A program made the translations under genes and the position numbers. A DNA stretch of 64,000 nucleotides from the human T2T-CHM13v2.0 reference genome, Homo sapiens. This document shows positions 54,051-64,000 of this stretch, one piece after another. Under the pieces are notes generated by a model. It ran no database searches and was not told the DNA's origin. It saw only the letters and a list, made by a program, of their open reading frames with translations. The first letter of the stretch is position 1, and every line of letters starts with the position of its first letter. The DNA lies in the NCBI RefSeq assembly GCF_009914755.1, contig NC_060945.1; one strand, 5' to 3'.

Positions 54051-54563
54051 CCAGAAATGAAATGTTTATACACCTACCTCAAGCTTACGCCTTTACTTGT
54101 TCATCAGCTCTTTCTGACTACACAGGCTATAGACAGATACTTTTCAATACTTACCCCTCTTATACGTAATCAAATTTTCCTCATTATTGGGTCATTTCAT
54201 GATCATACAAATAAGCTATTACTTCTGTCATACTAGAAAATAAAAGCAAATAAGCAACCAGTATTCTTCATTTTCCCCATTTTCATTGTCAGATACTGCC
54301 AGGGAATTTGATCCCTTTTTCACCAAAACTCTTTAAAAGGATAATTTATAGTCACCATGTCATTTGCTTCTTGCATTTTCTCTTTAATCATTTCACTTCC
54401 ATACAGATTTTTGCCCCCCAGTACTCTAATTAAACCTGTCCTCCACTTTGTTAATCTTATAGTTATTTTTCTCACCTTACTTGATTTATCAGCAGCATTT
54501 GAAGTAGATTATTCTCATAATACTATCTTCATTTGACTCCCTGGTTTTATATTATTTGTATAC

Positions 54564-54564
<1 letters not shown>

Positions 54565-54601
<37 letters not shown>

Positions 54602-54619
54602 GTCTCCCTCTCTCTCTCT
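54565..54619 (+). repeat. (TC)n microsatellite
   Basis: Seen directly. Confidence 0.9.
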
Positions 54620-54858
54620 TTTAGTGTTTTCTTCTATTCATCAGACTCAATGTTGGAATGCTCCAGGCCTCAGTATTTTATTTCCCCCCACCATCATCTT
54701 TCTCTGCACTTCTTTCCTTGGTTATCTCATCCAATCTCATGGTTTTACATGCAGTGTAAATGCTAATGACTCCCAAATTTATATTTCCATGCCATATCTC
54801 TATCCCAAATTCCACACTCATAAATCCAATTGCATTTTTTACACTTCCACCTAAATGT

Positions 54859-55353
54859 TGTGATGATAATGGGTCTATTTTTCCTGAGACCCATTCCTCA
54901 CTCTGCCCAGTTCAGTTCTTAAGACAGAGGGGATGAAAACTGTGGATTATGTAGCTCAGATTTTCTGAAAGCTGGCTTCCAGGTAGGCTCAAACAATAGG
55001 AGACACATGCAGAAAGATGAAAGGCAGGAACAAGGAGAAATCTAGATATTGTCTCAATTTCTCCCTGTCATCCCTAATAACAGTTGCATTTTTTACAGGC
55101 TCCTGCTCCTTTACATAGGCCCACTGTGGTTCCAGCTTCCCCCAAACATCCCTCCCTGCAGCTCCAGTAGTACAGCCTCCTATCCCTGTTCTCCAAGGGA
55201 AGGTGATAGTAGCCTCCCATTGTTGCTAAATTGTAGGTTGCCTCACTGTCCCCTGGTTGGCTTTAATTTTTTTAAAGTTATTTCTACTATCAATTCCCTT
55301 TGTTTTAAATTCTCAATGATTTCAATTTTCCTGGCTAGTTTCTGATTACTTCA
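54859..55353 (+). mobile_element. LTR33-like ERVL LTR nested in L2
   Basis: agctggcttccaggtagg...caataggagacac...ggtgatagtagcctcccattgttgcta...gcctcactgtccc. Confidence 0.7.
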
Positions 55354-56379
55354 GATACCTAATGGAAATCTCAAAGAAAGTATGACTCAAGAGAAATTGC
55401 TGATTTCCATCTCCCAGCTACTACCAAACCTGTTTATGCTTATCCATTTCATTTGATGGCATCCTTCCTCTGGTTGCTTAAACTCAAAGACTTTATAATA
55501 TCTAGAATCTGCTACTTCTCACCATGTCTACTGAGGTGTGAATTACTACTGTTTTCCTCTTGGATAAAGTCAATATCTAAAGAGGGGACTTTTCCTAAAA
55601 GTGTCCCCTTACAGTCAGTTACCAACACAATATCCACAGTCATCCTTTTTACATAAAAGAGCGTATCACTTCTCTTCTTAGGACCTGTAGTGACCCTCTC
55701 TTTCATTGATGGTAAAATTCTAAGGCAATGTGAGTTTTAAAATACCCTGTAAATTTGTACAATTATTATGTCATTTAAATATAATATATATTTTTAAAAA
55801 TTAAAAACATATATCAAGGCCCAAATTACTTCTGTGTGCTCATCGTTAACTCCCCTTCCTCACTCATCTCCAGTCACACTGGTTTCCTTGAACCCCTTCA
55901 AACAAGCCAGATATGGGGCTGTCTTGGGCTTTTGCACTGTCTTTTCCCTCTGCCTGAGTTCCCTTCTTTCAGATATCTACATGTTTAATACCTCACCACC
56001 TTTAAATTTTTGCATAAATGCTATCTTTTCAATGATGTTTTCTACGGCCTCCCTACTTAGCATCTCAACCTGTTTCTTGGACCAGCATTAGAAAATGAAT
56101 ATAGAGAGATGAACACAATATATATGGCCCTGCCCTCATAGTCCTAGCAATCTACAGGGACACAAAATAATATGCAAAAAAGTATTTGAATTATCTTCAG
56201 CACCTTTCTAAAGAAAAAAAGCTACTTAAAACTCACACTTAGAAGTGCTCAATATGAGTCAATACATTATGTCACCACCTAAAGTAACAAGATGTTAGGC
56301 TGCAACTGCTGTATGTTTTGAAAGTGACTCATTACACTACGAAGTCACATACTTGTTTAATATTATAATAAGACAGAAC

Positions 56380-56560
56380 TAAATTTAAATCATAGTTATA
56401 CCAAACACTAGCTACTCTGAATCTCTACATCTCAATGTTCTCACCAGCAAAATCAAGCTAATAATAATACTAGCTTCTTAAAGTTATTTAAAAGATAAAT
56501 GAGCTAAGATATGTAATGCTCATAGCCCATTTAGAAAGGCAAAATATAAGGTATAGTACA
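56380..56560 (+). mobile_element. MIR SINE
   Basis: ctgaatctcta...ctcaatgttctcacc...ataataatact...taaatgagctaagatatgtaa. Confidence 0.6.
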
Positions 56561-57513
56561 TAGAAACCACTGACCATTGGTAATTCTGAAACACTACAGG
56601 TCAGACAGTTTGAATGAACCATATACTAAAGGTTGGAAAAGTTATTTGATTAAACTCTGCCTTTTTTTTTCTGGGAAGAACACATAGATTAATCACTTTG
56701 TATAACCCCAACCTCTCCCTTCTTGGGAGTGGGGATAGGGGAAACAGTTTTCATCATCTATGATCTTAAGTTTCCTCATGCTCTTTCTCATTGTTAAGAC
56801 AATACCACTTATTTTAGCTTATTGTTACAATAGTATTTCATTTTTTTCTAACAACTTGGTATTAGTCAAGATGGGATATAATAACAAATGACTCTTGAAA
56901 TCTTCATGGGTGCCATGGGAAGTTTCAAGAACACAACTTGAAAGTGAATTGCATGACTTTGTTCTGTATTTCATTGACCACTACTCATTCAGTGAGCCTG
57001 AAAGTAACTGTGTATATCACTGTTAGTATACTATGCATGCCAGATACCCAAGACTCAAACTTTTCCTTTCCTTTAGATACCACCTACTTAGTCATCAATT
57101 TTGGTTCAACCTACTCCACTAAATAGCTTTGACTTCCATTCACTTACCACTTTAGATTAGTGCTATAGACTCCTATTTTACCTCCTTCATATCAATCCCC
57201 TTAAAACTCCCAATAGCTTCCATTATTTCAACCAAAAGCTCAAATTCCTTTAATATAAAGTGTTATATGAACTGGCACCCTATATACTTTATATCCTAAT
57301 CTCTCATCTTTCATTTATTTCTTTAACTCCTGACTCATGTAACAAAAATTCATTTATCTCAGCACGTATTTACTCCCTTACTTTACTTGTTATGCTCTCC
57401 CAAATGTCCCTGTATTTTTCATTGAATAGTAATTGCCACATTTTATTTTATATGCTTGTGTTACCATTTATATATATATTTACTACAGACTCTGCTTTTA
57501 GAAGGCATACACT

Positions 57514-57901
<388 letters not shown>

Positions 57902-58309
57902 TTAATTTCAATTAATTGATTATGGCCTTTATCATTTCAAGATTTTTATATGTCTACTTTTATGAACTCTAGGCTAGTTTTTTCCACTTTTATTTCTACA
58001 ATCATAGGGCCTATTTTATATTTTCTCTTGCACTTGATTATAGAAGAGATTGAAATGAGTTAGGAAACATGTACTTGAAACCAATAATGGGCACACTTTA
58101 CAGGATTTCAAAATCTAAAAATATCATAACATAACTTCAGGGAAGAGTAAGAAGTATTGGTGTCATTTTTTTCCTTTTAGTAGATCAGTTGAAGAGGTAA
58201 ATTGAACATGGACTATGTGTCAGACTCTTTTTTCCAAATTATATTCTTAAATATATAGTAAAACATATGTTAGAGGCAGTTTTTTAATAACAAACAATAT
58301 TTGAATTGA

Positions 58310-58578
58310 GATACTGAAGTAAAATAAACTGTGCAAAAATGTATTACTAAATATCTGCATTTTCTAGAGATGTATCCTTAAGTATGTAGGTATAAAATTA
58401 CATTCTGAGATATATTTTTAAAATAATTTGGCAAGAAGAGAACAGGGATACCTTAAGCAGAAACAACAAAATTATGATAATTGTTGAATATGTGTGATGG
58501 TTGTATGTTAATGTATTGATTATTTTGTGTGGGTATGAAAACATGATAATAAAATCAAATTACAAAAAAATAAAAAAT
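58310..58578 (+). mobile_element. Old L1M 3' end fragment
   Basis: tgataattgttgaa...gtgatgg...catgataataaaa followed by an A-rich tail. Confidence 0.55.
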
Positions 58579-59822
58579 ACCTCTTGCTTTTTTAGCAGCT
58601 TTTTACATTGTTTATAACAGTGTCTATAGCGCTATGATTGGTCAGAGCCAGAGACTATAACATTTAATAAAACGAGTCTCTCTAGAAGCTCATGGGAGTT
58701 CATTTACGGCAGCAAAGACCTATATTAAATGGACTGAATATTTAAGGAGTAATTATGTTGAGTAATGTGTTTATTTATAGTTTTAATTATACATTATCTT
58801 TCTTGGTTATCTTTAAAATATATTAAGCTTATGCAAATAGGATATGCATCATAACCCAGGATCTATTATCTGAATTGCTTATATACTTATAATAACATAA
58901 CTTTAAAAGAAAGAATCAAACCATATTGCTAGCTTACAGGTTGGATCTTTCTAGAAAATAGTTATTTACCTGAATGTTTATTTTTGTTTTGCATCTTCAT
59001 CAGTTAAAACCAACAGTTACAATACAAATGAAAGTTAAAAAATAATAATATTATTAATCTGAAATTTCAATGTGCTTAGCAATAAATAATGGGAATAAGA
59101 ATTATCCAGGATGTACTAAACGCTACAAGAATTATATAATTCTAATGAACATGATGCTTTTGAACTTAAGTAAATTCTATGTGCTTAACTATTTTTATTG
59201 TTTATAGATTTAGGACTTCTGAATGCATTCTTTTTTGCTGTTATGGGATATTATGAATTCACCTTAGTAGACTTTTGCTTACAGGACATAAAATTAATTT
59301 ATTCTATGAATTTTTTCTTCTTTTCCCAAAAATGTGTAAGTTCTGTGATTTCTTGGACTAAAAGATATCTATTTACATAGTGAAAGGCCAGGCCTTGTAA
59401 AGATCGTGACAGTATTCAATCCTATTCTTGTTTTTTTTTTGTTTCAATGTGTTGCTAGTTATCTTATCTCAGTGTATTGTATTTATATAACTGCATATTT
59501 GATTAAGATACCTAACCTATGAGACATATTAACATAATGAACACATGTAAGCACACAACCCAATTTAAGCATAAGAACAGTATCAATAATTTTGCAGTTA
59601 TCTTTCACTCTTTTTCAGTCACACAGAGACAACTATACTCTTAATTTTGTGTTTAGAGTCCTCTATTTTCTTAATAGACAGATTGCACATGGTTAAAGGT
59701 CTATCTTTACATCAAGAGAGCCTGTGTTTGGATCTTGTTCACCCCGCTTATGTCTCTTTTGAAGTTATGCTTAAGCTTTATTCCTTGTTCCTTTATGGAA
59801 ATTTGAGTATTTTAGGAAAAGT

Positions 59823-59846
59823 AAAAAAAAAAAAAAAAAAAAAAAA
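59823..59846 (+). repeat. Poly(A) tract (about 24 nt)
   Basis: Seen directly. Confidence 0.9.
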
Positions 59847-60459
59847 GAAACTTTAAAGTAGAATGATAAAATCTAGTGTTTTTAGATACAGAAGTGAGAA
59901 GCTGAATACGGGTAAAGCATGATGGACTACGGGAAGAACGGAATTTCTTGTGTGTGACTGCTCATTCAATAAGCTATATTTTTTAAAAACCTGAACAGGT
60001 TATAGCTATTGGTTATCTACAAGTGGAATTCTCAAACACGAAAATGAAAGCCTGACAAATAAGATGCTAATGCCATTTTCACTTAAAAAATAGAACAAGC
60101 GAAAGAGAGAAATAAAAGCACTAGCCCAGTAAGAACATCCTCTATTTGCCTTACTCATAAGCCATTTCAGGGCCATATCTGCAAAACTAGGAAGAAAGTG
60201 CTAAGTGCTAAAACATTTTAACCAATCACTTTAAGAAAGGCAGAGGAAGCAAACCACTCTAGTAGATAAAACAGGAGAGACTGAAGTTGCTATAGTTGTA
60301 ATCTTTTTAAAAATAATCTATTTGTTTTGAAGAAAACCCCAATAGGAAGGTGTTTTCATTTTTAAAGGTATCTCTTTTCAGATACTATTTAATACTCAGT
60401 GTGCTAATAATGTCAAAAATTGTTAAATGCGTATATATCTGTATTTCAAATAGGATAGT

Positions 60460-60898
60460 TTATCAAGTCAGGTTTTCCAAGAAGCTGATACTATGCAATT
60501 ATAAGTCACTCAAAAGGTTATGAGAGGAACGTTAGTTAAAGATTAAGAAGAAAAAGCAGATCTAAGTGCAGGGAGTCTTCAGTGATGCAAGCCTGGCTTC
60601 TGTCAAAGGAGGGGGAGAAGGAAGAAGGATGAGAATGAAAGAGTCACAGCCTGAAACACAGTTTAGGAAATTTTGGCCCAGACAATAGAAGTCTCCAGTC
60701 CAAAGTCTTCTGTTGGAAGGTTATCACAAATCTTAAAAATGGCCTTCATCAATACTCCGAGCATGCTCAGTCATTGGCCAGGAACAACCAGAGAAAATAT
60801 GGCCTGAGTGCAAAGATAGTCATACAACCAGAAAAACAGTAGCTGGGGCTGCCTGTCATCCATGGTCACTGAAGCAAGAGTTGTGAGTGGTGACCACA
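60460..60898 (-). mobile_element. LTR16-like ERVL LTR
   Basis: gatgcaagcctg...ggagaaggaagaagg...atgctcagtcattggccagga...tggcctgagtgcaaa matches recalled antisense LTR16. Confidence 0.68.
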
Positions 60899-62208
60899 TA
60901 TATCAAATATTTCTATGAAAAAAAACAAAACAAAACAAAGCCCAATCAAGTGAAACTCCAAAATGATAACCTTTAATGCTTATTAGATGACACAAGTGTT
61001 AGGTTGGGTATTTTACTAAATATTTAATCATTATATATGCACATATTTATGGGCATGTGAGCTTAATTTCTGTTTTTAAATTCAGAATGCTTCAATAATA
61101 ACATTGCATTTTATATAATCCTGATTTTCTTTTTTAAAATCAGCTCAAAAGGAGAAGTTAAATATTCAGCTTTAATTTCACCAGTAGATTTTTAATGTTT
61201 TGTAATCATAATGTTTAATTTGTGCTGTTCTTAGAACTTTAATTATGAAGCTAAATTGTACTAATACCCATTAGGTACTTCTTAATTGAAGGCACATCAT
61301 ATGTCTGATGTGGCAGTACTAATTGGTGTAATTAAATTCTAATATGCTTCAGTAGCCTGATTTTTTAAGTGAATAAAAAGCTGATAGAAATAAGTCAGCT
61401 CTTGAAGCTGCATAGTTGTATAATACATACACGTGTTTGCACTTGTAACATGCACATTTATTCAGAACAAACAACTCATTAATTTATTCCAAAACCATTT
61501 CACCTGATAACTTAAAATACAGAGTAAAACAAATTGGTCAGGTAAATATACATGTAACTTAAAAAGAAACAGTCATGTACTTTAGGCATAAGGACAATGC
61601 TTTTCTCTTTTACAAATTCTAAGTTAGGTCAAATTCTCTGAAAGTCACTGCTTTTCTTTACTGTGATGTGTTTTCGGTGAAGTTACAGCCTATTTGCAAA
61701 TCACATCACTGGTTTGTCCAAGCAGAGGTAGATGAGAGGTAAGCTCCTGTCCTGCTAAAAGTCTCCTAAAAACAGCAAGAAAATATTTTTACATGTTCAA
61801 AAATGCTCATTTATTTATATTCCTAAATTTTCTTTTACTCAGTATAATATAGATAATTTAAAAATCAGTAGAATATTTTTATTATATATGTTTTATTTTT
61901 ATACTTCTAGTTAAATTAATAGTGGAACATTATATATCTATTAAATGTTTTAAATTACATGGAATTAAAATATCAAAGTTAATTATGTTATTATAATTTT
62001 TAAATTTCAGAAACCTTCTCTAAAATTCTTACTGTTTTATCTTAAAAAATTCATATAGAAATTGTGGTCAGATGTAAACTGTGACTCTGAGCACAAATCC
62101 CAATGCTATTGCCAATTTAATTCCAATTTTTGTGTTCACACATGAAATGTAGTTTTTCTTTTATTGAGTTTTAAAAATCTGTAAGATTTACCTATCTGAA
62201 TATACACT

Positions 62209-62385
62209 CAGGTCTAGCTTCATGTTCCTGTGACCTGTGTGGTCACACAAGGACCCATGTACATAATGACCTCATACTTGGCCTAATGCTCTGCTGTTGC
62301 CATCTTGAAACGCTTAACACTTTGAACGAGGTACAACATCCACGTCATTTTGCACTGGGCCCTGCAAATCACGTAGACAGTCATA
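62209..62385 (+). mobile_element. MER91A-like hAT-Tip100 element
   Basis: cttcatg...gtgacctgtgtggtcacaca...taatgctctgctgttgccatcttgaaa...cattttgcactgggccctgcaaat. Confidence 0.82.
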
Positions 62386-62509
62386 TATGAGTCCAGTATT
62401 TTCCTACCACCAGACATTTTAATGTACTGAAGAGATAAAAAAAACTAATAATTAGAAGTTTTAAAAGAATATTTTTAAGAGTTGTTGTTTGTTTGTTTGT
62501 TATTTAATC

Positions 62510-63430
<921 letters not shown>

Positions 63431-64000
63431 TAATAAGATCTTGAGAGAAAAATAAGTTGAAGCCAGAGGTAAAACTCAATATTGGTAATATCTTTTTGTT
63501 GTAGGGTTGCTTTCCATTTTAGAAAGTAATTCAGAGTGTTATTTTTTAAAAATCATATATCAGAGTTCTCTAATAAATTTCAAACTTAAAAGAACATTTA
63601 ACTTCATAAGAGAAGAGAAATGTTTCATGAACATATTTTAAAGATAGGGAAACTAGAATACAATTTGGAGTAAAACTAATATTTTAAGTAACCTGGAGAT
63701 AGGACTCATATCTTTTAATAGAACATGCATTCTAACAAGCCAGTGATTTTTCAAAGTTTTCTAAAACACTTTTCTCAAACCACATTTAACCTAGAAGTAG
63801 AAACAAATAAAAGACACAAAATTAGAGTTAATTTTATTGTAACTGGGTTGGCTCCAGAGATTATAGTTAGGAAGTGATTACATTAAGCTCTACATATGCA
63901 GCATTCTAGAAAATTTCAATGCAGTAGACAAAATCTATAAATAATGTGAAACACATATTAACATGTTAAGCATAATATGCATTCATTGTCTTCAACAGAA

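Larger units (their letters stand above)
53600..56070 (+). mobile_element. L2 LINE fragments (split by MER20 and LTR33)
   Basis: cagctgatgacctt; tcagcagcatttga; tctcatccaatctcatggttt...tgctaatgactcccaaatttatatttcca; ctccagtcacactggtttccttg. Confidence 0.78.

Noticed and set aside
59810-59856. Poly(A) tract as an orphan retrotransposition tail
   Set aside because: No convincing TSD, upstream poly(A) signal or recognisable source sequence.

Overview
AT-rich, repeat-dense human genomic DNA (gene desert or deep intron). A human-specific AluYg6 supports the species call. I find no credible intact protein-coding gene. Nearly all ORFs in the track lie in Alu, L1, LTR or ERV sequence, in a microsatellite, or in one RPL7A processed pseudogene. 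Main contents: (1) a MER61-type ERV1 provirus (8844-16031, minus) whose two LTRs each carry a full-consensus p53 response element, with nested Alus and a THE1B solo LTR; (2) a near full-length L1PB (about 18113-25468, minus); (3) a complete THE1B LTR-int-LTR with a perfect TSD (42712-44979); (4) a heavily decayed class III (ERV-L/HERV-S-like) provirus (about 45200-52840, minus) with recognisable PR, RT, tether and IN motifs and a tRNA-Ser primer-binding site; (5) a 3'-deleted RPL7A retrocopy interrupted by AluYg6 (62510-63430); (6) many older MaLR/ERVL LTRs, L2, MIR, L1M and hAT elements. Two short scars built from locally templated inverted copies and two repeat-free, motif-rich islands also deserve follow-up. 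Repeat family names come from recall of consensus sequences and need RepeatMasker/Dfam confirmation. Boundaries of old elements are approximate.
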